Shown piece after piece: positions 8,470-15,980 of a DNA stretch of 16,931 nt. The stretch comes from a virus. Its lineage: Duplodnaviria; Heunggongvirae; Uroviricota; Caudoviricetes. Numbering within the stretch: position 1 is the first letter of the stretch; every line of letters starts with the position of its first letter. Under the pieces are notes generated by a model that did not search any database, was not told the DNA's origin, and was given only the letters and a program-made list of their open reading frames with translations. Location: the IMG/VR virus record IMGVR_UViG_3300029095_000223; one strand, given 5' to 3'. The translations under genes and the position numbers were made by a program.

Positions 8470-9222
8470 TTATCTCGTCACCTTCCTCAATTGCGCTTCC
8501 GCGTATGCTTCTTCCTGCCAGCACTTTGTTACCAGTTTACCAATGACGTCCGCATACCCCTTATACCACTGATAATCGGTCAGGTCTGGTACCAGCTTCT
8601 GGACATGACGTCGTGCCAGCGTGGTCGGTAAACGACTAAACCGGTTTCCATTACAACGCCCACAAATCTTATATACCGGTACGCCATGAAACCGGGTTCT
8701 TTTTTCATCCAGAACAATCCCTTTACCCTTACACCCTCTGCACGCTGTGCTGGCTTCGCCCTTACCATGGCAATGCTGACATAGTTCCTTCACCCATTCT
8801 TCCTTGATTACAGATTCCCCGCGTCTGTAGTGTTTCACCACTTCGCGCAATACATTATAAAATCCCGTACCTGAACAATGCTCACAGCGAGCCTTACTTG
8901 CCGCAGACCTGGAGTAATCAGCAAAGGCAAAACTCACGAGGTAAGGAATAATCTGTAACCGGATTTCTTCACTCAATTTGTTCAATGTCGGGTTATCCAG
9001 TGCCATCGCGTAATTTAGCAGGCCTTCAATCGCAAACTGAGGGTCCTGAACACCAACTTTTGCCAGAAATAAGGCCAACCCAAGTGGTGCTTTCGACTGC
9101 ACCATCCCCTGCGCTGCCATTACATCCGTAATTGTTAAACAACCGGTGCCTGTCGCTGGAGCGTCATCGCTCAATTTTGGAGATTTTGGGGAGTAATATT
9201 TTGGTAAGGCTTCAAGGTTCAT
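8470..9222 (-). CDS. Late-gene antiterminator Q (QuuQ-like), 250 aa
   Basis: From Met11 of the track ORF (MNLEALPKYYSPK...), with a GGAGAA Shine-Dalgarno before the ATG at 9222. Cys-rich zinc-binding motifs (CEHCSGTG, CQHCHGKG, CRGCKGKG, CGRCNG) typical of Q antiterminators. Lies upstream of the lysis cassette. Confidence 0.85.
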   Translation of the reverse strand: MNLEALPKYYSPKSPKLSDDAPATGTGCLTITDVMAAQGMVQSKAPLGLALFLAKVGVQDPQFAIEGLLNYAMALDNPTLNKLSEEIRLQIIPYLVSFAFADYSRSAASKARCEHCSGTGFYNVLREVVKHYRRGESVIKEEWVKELCQHCHGKGEASTACRGCKGKGIVLDEKRTRFHGVPVYKICGRCNGNRFSRLPTTLARRHVQKLVPDLTDYQWYKGYADVIGKLVTKCWQEEAYAEAQLRKVTR

Positions 9223-9235
9223 GCTCGTTCTCCAC

Positions 9236-10324
9236 TTACGCCAGTACGCCAATTGCCAGCGCGCGATCGATAAAACGAAATATCAGCTCCAGTTGGGAGC
9301 CATACTTATCTTCAAATGCCACTGTATCCGTATGCAGCTCGTTGTGATGCTTTCTGCACAAAGGCAACACAAAGAGATCATGTGCTTTTGTTCCCATTCC
9401 GCCCTGCCCGTGACCAATCAGATGATGCGGATCGTCGGCTGGCATACCGCAGCAAGCACACGGCTGTGTCTTAACCCAACGTGTGTATTTCTCCTTAACC
9501 CAGCGGCGACGTTTAGGCAGCTTCATGAAAGATTCCGGAGACTCTGGATCAACGGTGATGCTTACCACCGTCTTTTCCTGTGGTGATTTTTGTTGCTGGT
9601 GGGCGTAAGGCAACGGTGCAAGATTTTTTGTGCGTTGTTTCAATATGCTGGTGGCGGTCTGCTCTCCCGGTACGATGTCGCTTTCGCGGTACACCGAGCA
9701 GATTTTTTCCGCTGGTAATCCCAGCGAACGACGCGATACAGCCTCAGGTAGTGCATCCACCACCTGATTGCAGACCGCCCACCAGGATAATTCAGCCAAA
9801 GATAATTCCCGCTCCTGCGTACCGCTTATTGCGTGACGGATGACGTCAATCACCCATGCTGTCAGATTTTGTTGAGCAAGCAGCTCCAGTGATTCCGATG
9901 TCTGGTCACGCAGTTGGTTGTCGCAGTGCCAGCACAACACCATTGCGCCGGTACCATAACGGTGAATGACTGTTTCAGTGTGATGGTAATCGCCATTAGG
10001 CCACTGGCAGGATGTAACATGACGTAATAGCCAGTCGGACAATGCGCCAACGCCGCCAGCAGCACGAATCACCCGTTCGTTACTAAAAAACGGCAGCAAT
10101 GTTTTGTCTTCCGCCAGCGGCTGGCGAACGGCAGGAACGACTCCGGATGGCAGATTACGCATGCTTTTTGGTTCCGGTTCCACCAGCACTCGAGGATTAT
10201 GAAATATCTGTATGGATTCACGGCCCGGCTTAAGGACCACCAGCCCAAGCTCAGGCACCAGAACAGGTCTAAGTAATACCCGCACGTTACCTCCAGATCC
10301 GTTGCTGGAAAGTGCGGGACGCAC
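9236..10324 (-). CDS. YdfU-like prophage protein (DUF968-type; C-terminal Cys/His-rich putative metal-binding region); start codon uncertain
   Basis: 362-codon open frame beginning with GTG at 10324 (the track renders it as M); internal Met candidates exist. C-terminal ...CACCGMPADDPHHLIGHGQGG...CRKHHNELH motif. Overlaps the Q start by 13 nt. Name by context and size from memory. Confidence 0.6.
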   Translation of the reverse strand: MRPALSSNGSGGNVRVLLRPVLVPELGLVVLKPGRESIQIFHNPRVLVEPEPKSMRNLPSGVVPAVRQPLAEDKTLLPFFSNERVIRAAGGVGALSDWLLRHVTSCQWPNGDYHHTETVIHRYGTGAMVLCWHCDNQLRDQTSESLELLAQQNLTAWVIDVIRHAISGTQERELSLAELSWWAVCNQVVDALPEAVSRRSLGLPAEKICSVYRESDIVPGEQTATSILKQRTKNLAPLPYAHQQQKSPQEKTVVSITVDPESPESFMKLPKRRRWVKEKYTRWVKTQPCACCGMPADDPHHLIGHGQGGMGTKAHDLFVLPLCRKHHNELHTDTVAFEDKYGSQLELIFRFIDRALAIGVLA

Positions 10325-10565
10325 GTGGTGGGCGTTCGGAATAAGGCAGCCTGACAGAGATTATCCAGTGCCGATAGTCGAGACTGAGAGCTTTCTTAAC
10401 CTCGAACCCGCGCCTGCGGTAAGAATGAATCAGCCATTCGGCCTGTTCTGCAGTGCATGGAGGGTGCTGGAACCATTCAGACTTGAATGCGTGAGAATAC
10501 CGCCCGTGCGTGCAGGCAAGAACGGGCGAATTATCAGAATTGTAATATTTTGCGTTGCGTGCCAT
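10287..10565 (-). CDS. Hypothetical 92-aa ORF overlapping the 5' end of ydfU in another frame; may be a frameshifted N-terminal part of a larger gene or a separate small gene
   Basis: ORF-track entry MARNAKYYNSDNSPVLACTHGRYSHAFKSEWFQHPPCTAEQ...; same strand as its neighbours, ends 38 nt inside the ydfU frame. No recognisable motif. Confidence 0.3.
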   Translation of the reverse strand: MARNAKYYNSDNSPVLACTHGRYSHAFKSEWFQHPPCTAEQAEWLIHSYRRRGFEVKKALSLDYRHWIISVRLPYSERPPRASRTFQQRIWR

Positions 10566-10631
10566 CGGTTTTCTCCGGTGGCACGGTGTTACTCAGCGGG
10601 AGTTCAGCCCCGCGCAAGATTGTAGATGAGT

Positions 10632-10883
10632 TTATTCTCCTGAAAAAGCAGAAAAGCCAGCTTTTATTCCGATCTCTTTCAATGCCTGTAATGAAGTGAC
10701 AAACTCACCTTCGCGCAAGATAAATCCGTCCGTGACCCGAGCATCCACAAAATTAATTAACGCAGCCCCATTCTTTCGCAAACACATAATGCGGTAATGA
10801 CTAACAAGATTTCCATTTTCAACGCACACAGCATAGAGGCCATCTTCACAAAAAATTTTACGCAGTTCTTCGATGTTCATCAT
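10632..10883 (-). CDS. Rem-like prophage protein (83 aa)
   Basis: 83-aa ORF MMNIEELRKIFCEDGLYAVCVENGNLVSHYRIMCLRKNGAALINFVDARVTDGFILREGEFVTSLQALKEIGIKAGFSAFSGE. Position between ydfU and hokD and length match K-12 rem as recalled. Confidence 0.65.
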   Translation of the reverse strand: MMNIEELRKIFCEDGLYAVCVENGNLVSHYRIMCLRKNGAALINFVDARVTDGFILREGEFVTSLQALKEIGIKAGFSAFSGE

Positions 10884-10998
10884 CAGAATCCTTCCGGATA
10901 ATTAGCTCTCCCCTTTAAGGGACCATCCCTCTTATCCCTGCGCGCTACTTAAGTATTTTTGATTCTATTCCGGCACCGTCCAGAACTTCAAACGCGTT

Positions 10999-11031
10999 GA
11001 AAATAAAAACAAAAACCCGCCGAAGCGGGTT
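10999..11031 (-). terminator. Intrinsic terminator of the relB-relE-hokD operon
   Basis: Minus-strand RNA has an aacccgc-uucg-gcggguu hairpin followed by UUUUUGUUUUUAUUUU, about 70 nt downstream of the hokD stop. Confidence 0.6.
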
Positions 11032-11099
11032 AAGTGCGGGTGCGTTGAGGATGCCTGCCACATCAGAGGTGGCGAGGGATTTCTCCCCCGCCGGGTCTC

Positions 11100-11255
11100 T
11101 TACTCCTCAGGTTCGTAAGCTGTGAAGACAGCGACCTCCGTCTGGCCGGTTCGGATTCGTACCTCGCAGAGGTCTTTCCTCGTTACCAGTGCCGTCACTA
11201 TGACGGTTAAACAGATGACGATCAGGGCGATTAACATCGCCTTTTGCTGCTTCAT
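11100..11255 (-). CDS. hokD: Hok-family membrane toxin HokD (RelF), 51 aa
   Basis: Not in the ORF track as a minus-strand gene. Reverse-complement of 11100-11255 translates MKQQKAMLIALIVICLTVIVTALVTRKDLCEVRIRTGQTEVAVFTAYEPEE, then TAA. Sits 71 nt downstream of relE. Confidence 0.9.
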   Translation of the reverse strand: MKQQKAMLIALIVICLTVIVTALVTRKDLCEVRIRTGQTEVAVFTAYEPEE

Positions 11256-11326
11256 AGCCTGCTTCTCCTGTCAACGCAAAGCAGAAGTGTCACCTTCGGT
11301 GCGAAACAGAGATGTCATGCTTTGGT

Positions 11327-11614
11327 TCAGAGAATGCGTTTGACCGCCTCGCTATATACTTCCGAGCGTTCTCTTTTCCCAACAGAAATCACGAAAACGA
11401 CAACTTTCTCGTCTATAACCTGGTATACAAGGCGATAGCCTGAAGACCGGAGCTTAATCTTGTAACAATCAGGCATACCACGGAGCTTGTTTGCTTCAAT
11501 CCGGGGTGACTCAAGTACTTCAACCAGCTTCTTTTTCAACTGTTCACGTACCGTCGAGCCCAGCTTTCGCCATTCCTTTAGTGCCCGCTCGTCAAAATCC
11601 AGAAAATACGCCAT
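11327..11614 (-). CDS. relE: mRNA interferase toxin RelE
   Basis: 95-aa translation MAYFLDFDERALKEWRKLGSTVREQLKKKLVEVLESPRIEANKLRGMPDCYKIKLRSSGYRLVYQVIDEKVVVFVISVGKRERSEVYSEAVKRIL matches E. coli RelE as recalled. Start overlaps the relB stop. Confidence 0.95.
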   Translation of the reverse strand: MAYFLDFDERALKEWRKLGSTVREQLKKKLVEVLESPRIEANKLRGMPDCYKIKLRSSGYRLVYQVIDEKVVVFVISVGKRERSEVYSEAVKRIL

Positions 11615-11853
11615 CAGAGTTCATCCAGCGTCACACGTACTGGCTTAGGATTACGAAGCCGTTCTTTCACTATCTCCACAAGTTCAGCATCTTCATCACT
11701 CAGGAGTGTCTGTTTGAACGGCAAGCGTTCATTGTCAGCGATATACTCGAGCATGAGACGAAGCGCTTCAGAAGGAGTTACACCCATTTTTTCAAGCGCG
11801 GCGTAAGAACGCGCTTTAAGTTCATCGTCAATACGCAGGTTAATGCTACCCAT
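11614..11853 (-). CDS. relB: Antitoxin RelB
   Basis: 79-aa translation MGSINLRIDDELKARSYAALEKMGVTPSEALRLMLEYIADNERLPFKQTLLSDEDAELVEIVKERLRNPKPVRVTLDEL matches RelB as recalled. Operon order relB-relE-hokD. Confidence 0.95.
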   Translation of the reverse strand: MGSINLRIDDELKARSYAALEKMGVTPSEALRLMLEYIADNERLPFKQTLLSDEDAELVEIVKERLRNPKPVRVTLDEL

Positions 11854-11864
11854 GTCTTACACCT

Positions 11865-11890
11865 CTTGTAATTACAAATGTCATTACAAG
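11865..11890 (-). promoter_or_regulatory. relBE operator/promoter region (relO-like palindrome)
   Basis: cttgtaat-tacaaatgtc-attacaag: inverted repeats immediately upstream of the relB start (11853), consistent with the TTGTAAT-repeat operator bound by RelB2-RelE. Confidence 0.6.
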
Positions 11891-12183
11891 TATCGCACTA
11901 CAACATGCTTAGGGCAAGTCACGAAGGAAGTCAGAAAGTAGTCGTAAGAACGGTGATCACTGTCCGCTTTGTGCCAGGAGCAGCCATTGCTAAGTCCATC
12001 CTGTATTGTGCAGGTCAGCTCGTTTTTAAAGAGTCCGGCCATCATCTTACTGGTACAGACACCATATACTTTGTGACGGTCAGGCTACATATGCACAACT
12101 CAACTTATTCATCTATTTTTTGCTTTAGCATGTCAGTGTTGCTTTCTCGTCGGCGGGTGAGCGGTGACCTGAACTGTCGATAA
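11878..12183 (+). CDS. YdfV-like hypothetical protein (101 aa); coding status doubtful
   Basis: 101-aa ORF divergent from relB whose ATG lies inside the rel operator. Size and position match K-12 ydfV as recalled. No recognisable motifs, no strong Shine-Dalgarno. Confidence 0.4.
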   Translation: MSLQVSHYNMLRASHEGSQKVVVRTVITVRFVPGAAIAKSILYCAGQLVFKESGHHLTGTDTIYFVTVRLHMHNSTYSSIFCFSMSVLLSRRRVSGDLNCR

Positions 12184-12335
12184 AGGAACGTAACACGTTT
12201 TATGCAACACCCGCATGCGGCAGAAAATTATTGCCGAACGTTTACCCCTGTCAACAAGCTTTACTTTCTGAGGCGCGCCAGCCCGCGAGGAAAACAATCT
12301 GAACATCAAACAATTAATGACACAAGAAATACGAT

Positions 12336-12362
12336 TAAAGATTTTTTTGTGCATGCCGATAG
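12336..12362 (+). promoter_or_regulatory. Sigma-28 (FliA) class-3 flagellar promoter for flxA
   Basis: TAAAGATT-11 nt-GCCGATAG versus consensus TAAAGTTT-N11-GCCGATAA. About 25 nt upstream of the flxA Shine-Dalgarno (AAAGGAG) and start. Confidence 0.65.
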
Positions 12363-12385
12363 TGCTTTTTTAAAAGGAGAAATCT

Positions 12386-12718
12386 ATGTCTGTCACAATT
12401 CAGGGAAATACCTCAACCGTTATTTCAAACAACTCCGCCCCGGAAGGAACATCAGAAATAGCCAAAATCACAAGACAAATTCAGGTGCTGACTGAAAAGC
12501 TTGGGAAAATCTCATCGGAAGAGGGGATGACGACACAGCAGAAAAAAGAAATGGCTGCATTGGTACAGAAGCAAATTGAAAGCCTCTGGGCTCAACTGGA
12601 GCAGTTGTTAAGGCAGCAGGCAGAGAAAAAGAATGAAGACGCGACAGTTCAGCCTGATAAAAAAGAAGAGAAAAAAGACGATACAAATACCGCTGGCACC
12701 ATTGATATTTACGTCTAA
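12386..12718 (+). CDS. flxA: FlxA (FliA-regulated protein)
   Basis: 110-aa translation MSVTIQGNTSTVISNNSAPEGTSEIAKITRQIQVLTEKLGKISSEEGMTTQQKKEMAALVQKQIESLWAQLEQ... matches FlxA as recalled. Strong Shine-Dalgarno. Confidence 0.9.
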   Translation: MSVTIQGNTSTVISNNSAPEGTSEIAKITRQIQVLTEKLGKISSEEGMTTQQKKEMAALVQKQIESLWAQLEQLLRQQAEKKNEDATVQPDKKEEKKDDTNTAGTIDIYV

Positions 12719-12732
12719 GTGACAGCCGTATT

Positions 12733-12759
12733 GTGGCCCTCATCGGGCCACTTTTCGCC
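12733..12759 (+). terminator. Intrinsic terminator after flxA
   Basis: gtggccc-tcatc-gggccac hairpin followed by TTTTCGCC, 15 nt downstream of the flxA stop. Confidence 0.55.
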
Positions 12760-13154
12760 ATCAGCCTTTTCTTTAAAGACATATTATCTTTGTATCATTT
12801 CTGATAGTTAACATTACAAGATATAAGTAATGGACGCACTCCCAATTAGTCTATTTAAATCGCCACGAGTTTAACTGACAACCCATGATCAATTATGAAT
12901 TGCAACTATTTCTGTAGTCACTTTTGTGGGGACAGTCCACAAAACTGCCAACTTCCGCTTCTTGCTCTTAGCGGACATTAGCATAGGCTATTTACCATAA
13001 CGCCTCATTACGCGCACCGCCCAGACTGACTCAGCGCGTTTCTGGCATATCCCCGGTAAAACAAGTAACAAACCACCCGAAAATGAACACCAGAAACGCG
13101 ACTTAAGAATCTACCCTATGAATGGATATGCACTCAACCGAATCGATCTTGGTT

Positions 13155-14468
13155 TCAATCTTTTTTATCGGGATCAGGCTTCTTTTTAGGTAACTTCGGG
13201 GGCTTAACTTGCTGATGACTTTGCGTTCGGCGCGTAAGCCAGGGATGGTCAGCTTTAGGTTTAACATAGTATTTTGAGCGTAAATCAATACGGGCATTAT
13301 CCACTCGTTCATGGACACTCTTTTCATCATCCAGTGGTATAGGCTCCGGGCCATCAACATACTTTTCCCAGCCCAGCGCTTTCCCGTCATACAGAACGTT
13401 AATTTCACCGTCAAAGTTCTCGCATACAGTAACAACCGAATGCCTAAGTCGATATCCCCGGCCCTCACTGCGTACCTGAAACGCACTGCTTTTGTACTGG
13501 AAAGTGAGATTTTTAGACAGAACGCGCTTCGCCTGTAGGCTGAAGATATAACCCAGTTCCTCTTCAGAATGGTGCACATCAAGATGAGCATTATCAGTAG
13601 TACGAGGCGACGTAGCGAACCGGTTGTTATAGGCTTCAATAAAGGTCGGCAACCATGCATTTGCTGTTTCAATATCACTGATATTCTGAAGCCGCATTTC
13701 TTTGACCAGCCTGTCCTGTAGTGTCTGATTGGCGCGCTCTACCCGCCCTTTTGCCTGCGGGCTGTTGGCATGGATTGGCTCGATGCCCAGTGTCTTTATC
13801 GCACGAGTGAACTGGGTCAGCTCACCTTCCCGCTCTGGGTTATTTACCCTGAATATACTGTGTCTATCAGAGTAGAGAGCGAGCGGTACGCCATGATCAT
13901 TAAGGTAACCCCGGAGGGTTTCCATGTAAGCCCGGGTTGTTTCAGCAGGCACAAAACGCAACGCCATCAACGCACTGGTGGCATCATCAATGAAAACGAT
14001 CAGTGTACATCTGGGGCCTCGATTTTCAAACCAGTCATGAGGTGAGCCATCAATCTGGATCAGTTCACCGTAAGATGGTCGTCGCATGCGGCGTTGATAT
14101 ATACGGGCAATTTTACGACGGCGTTCACGCCATAACCCCTCTTCTATCATCCACTTTCTGAGAGTTTCAACGGATAAAGATAAACCGTGTATCTCGCGCA
14201 ATTTTTCGCACGCAAACGTAGGTCCAAAATCAGCGTAACGGCCTTTGAGGAGTGAAATTACTGTTGCTCTGAATTCAGTAGAAAAGGAATTATTAGGACG
14301 CTTTCCACGTCGGTGGGAAACCAGACCAGAAGGCCCTTCATTTCTATACCGTTGCACCAGACGTTTAACCTGCCGAATAGAAATGCCAATGCGTGCCGCA
14401 GCTTGTTCCTGAATAATCTGAAGTCGGTGGAGTTCCTTATGACTCATCGTAACAGTCTCTTTGATCAT
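13155..14468 (-). CDS. DDE transposase/integrase-core protein with N-terminal helix-turn-helix (IS481/ISNCY-type), 437 aa
   Basis: ORF with N-terminal HTH-like region (MSHKELHRLQIIQEQAAARIGISIRQVKRLVQRYRNEG) and an rve-like core (LIQIDGSPHDWF...LIVFIDDATS...LYSDRHSIF...ANSPQAKGRVERANQTLQ). Basic C-terminal tail. ATG at 14468 with a GGGGG Shine-Dalgarno upstream. Family assignment is from motif recognition only. Confidence 0.85.
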   Translation of the reverse strand: MIKETVTMSHKELHRLQIIQEQAAARIGISIRQVKRLVQRYRNEGPSGLVSHRRGKRPNNSFSTEFRATVISLLKGRYADFGPTFACEKLREIHGLSLSVETLRKWMIEEGLWRERRRKIARIYQRRMRRPSYGELIQIDGSPHDWFENRGPRCTLIVFIDDATSALMALRFVPAETTRAYMETLRGYLNDHGVPLALYSDRHSIFRVNNPEREGELTQFTRAIKTLGIEPIHANSPQAKGRVERANQTLQDRLVKEMRLQNISDIETANAWLPTFIEAYNNRFATSPRTTDNAHLDVHHSEEELGYIFSLQAKRVLSKNLTFQYKSSAFQVRSEGRGYRLRHSVVTVCENFDGEINVLYDGKALGWEKYVDGPEPIPLDDEKSVHERVDNARIDLRSKYYVKPKADHPWLTRRTQSHQQVKPPKLPKKKPDPDKKD

Positions 14469-14686
14469 GAAAAATCCCCCAGAGAATTGTCTGGGGACAT
14501 TTTAGAATGGTTCAAAGGGGACATTACAGCTTGGTGTTAACAATAGCCTGCTTCTCCGTGCCTTTCGGCACGTAAGAGGCTAACCTACATGTGTCTAGCA
14601 TGAAATTGGCCTCAGATTAATGTTAAGCGTCTTGCAGGACGCGTAATGTTAACTGGGGCTTTTCTCTATCTGCCTTTGGTGTTCGT

Positions 14687-14726
14687 GCCCGAGGCAGATA
14701 GCCTCAAGCACCCGCCGTGATTCTAC
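14687..14726. repeat. 40-bp imperfect direct repeat, copy A (pairs with 16706-16745)
   Basis: gcccgaggcagatagcctcaagcacccgccgtgattctac; 32/40 ungapped identity with copy B, including a 14-nt exact core cctcaagcacccgc. Confidence 0.55.
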
Positions 14727-14951
14727 AAAAACATTACCCACCTTTCCAGCAATTCACAACAACTCCATGCAAATAGTAAGTAGAATAATAAGTTATTAGT
14801 ATTAGCAATTTACTTAGTTTCTAATTTGTGCCAATGATTTTCATTTTTGCATGAAAAATACCTTAACATTTTATATTTACTTACTATTTGTAAGCCCCAT
14901 CAGTTCTTTCTGATGGCGGCTGGTATTTCAGTTCCAGATATAGTATATGCT

Positions 14952-15980
14952 TTACGCCTTAATAGGGTTAATCACATTTCCGCTATCCGTACCATAGTAT
15001 TTTTTTGTAGTCATGCCTTGTTTATAATAATCATTTAACAGTTTGAGAAAGTTTCTTCCTTGCCTCTCATCTTCTATGACTAATTTACCATGCTCATTGG
15101 TCTTAAACTCTTCGTTCTGAAACATTTTTAGCACATCATTCATAGCTTGAACATCATTCTTTTCCAGAACCGTATGGTTACCTTTCTCAGCGATATGAGT
15201 GAGAATTTTTCTCAGTGATGGCTTATGAAGAATAGCTTGTTCAATAACATCTAAACCTTCAATAAGATCAAGTTCTTTAATTGTATTTAATGTTTTTTGT
15301 GCAGCTTCTGTAAACTCAACCTCCAAGCCTACAATAGCCTCAAAACTTTTCTTATGAAATACATAAAATTGATCTTTTATATAAACACAATCGATTTTGT
15401 CATCAAAATTGACTGCGCTGCCATCAAATGATCTTAACTCTTTATCTGTTTTATCAAACAAAGCGAATACGCGCTGAGTCATATTTTGTGGTTCATTTGT
15501 TGTGACTTTCCCCCTGCTGATTTTTCGGAAAGAATAAGTGACGTCAGCCCCCTTTTGGACTTTAATACAATAGGCCCACAAATCATTCTGAACCTCAGCA
15601 AGAGAGGTAAGTACAACTGGTTTATCATTCTTTATATCGTTATTAATAACTTTTGAAAACGATATCGCGTTATTCATAGCATAGGCATAAATCTTATTAT
15701 CAATATCATCATCAATAACAGTATACTTTTTCATCACAATATCATCTTTCGAAGCATGAGAAATAATCTGGTTTGATAAAGTATACTTAAAAAATTTAGC
15801 AATATCTGGAGCGATTGGAGCTTTAATGATTTTAAAATCGAATTTATCAACAACTCTTGCGGTTCTACTCATACCCGCTTTAAGATGTCTAGTAATGAAA
15901 TACAACGATATTTTCGCCGCATCATCATCCTTAAGTTGCTCAGCATACTCTAATAATTCTTCAAGCTTTAACATTTTCAT
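14952..15980 (-). CDS. Uncharacterised soluble protein (342 aa), second gene of an AT-rich two-gene operon; candidate defence-system component (KwaB-like by architecture only)
   Basis: Long clean ORF in very AT-rich DNA, with Lys/Asn/Asp/Ile-biased composition. Its ATG overlaps the upstream gene's TGA (ATGA at 15977-15980). No catalytic motif recognisable by eye. Confidence 0.8.
   Translation of the reverse strand: MKMLKLEELLEYAEQLKDDDAAKISLYFITRHLKAGMSRTARVVDKFDFKIIKAPIAPDIAKFFKYTLSNQIISHASKDDIVMKKYTVIDDDIDNKIYAYAMNNAISFSKVINNDIKNDKPVVLTSLAEVQNDLWAYCIKVQKGADVTYSFRKISRGKVTTNEPQNMTQRVFALFDKTDKELRSFDGSAVNFDDKIDCVYIKDQFYVFHKKSFEAIVGLEVEFTEAAQKTLNTIKELDLIEGLDVIEQAILHKPSLRKILTHIAEKGNHTVLEKNDVQAMNDVLKMFQNEEFKTNEHGKLVIEDERQGRNFLKLLNDYYKQGMTTKKYYGTDSGNVINPIKA

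Larger units (their letters stand above)
12921..14726 (-). mobile_element. Insertion sequence carrying the DDE transposase; ends not resolved (approximate span)
   Basis: Transposase gene flanked by non-coding sequence containing hairpins (12921-12945; 14475-14497) and repeated GG(G)GACA(T/G)T motifs. I could not find convincing terminal inverted repeats or target-site duplications by eye, so the boundaries are guesses. Confidence 0.3.

Noticed and set aside
8323-8631. 102-aa plus-strand ORF
   Set aside because: Starts in the terminator/promoter region and runs antisense into the Q gene; no ribosome-binding site, likely spurious.
11122-11343. 73-aa plus-strand ORF
   Set aside because: Antisense to hokD, whose minus-strand translation matches Hok perfectly; may at most reflect antisense-RNA space, not a protein.
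12468-12782. 104-aa minus-strand ORF
   Set aside because: Antisense to flxA, which has a strong Shine-Dalgarno, a sigma-28 promoter and a terminator.
12921-12945. Hairpin ttttgtgg-ggacagt-ccacaaaa as a flxA terminator
   Set aside because: flxA already has a terminator at 12733-12759 and this hairpin lacks a following U-tract; more likely related to the adjacent transposase insertion.
13103-13678. 191-aa minus-strand ORF
   Set aside because: Lies inside the transposase gene in another frame; the transposase frame has the recognisable DDE/rve motifs.
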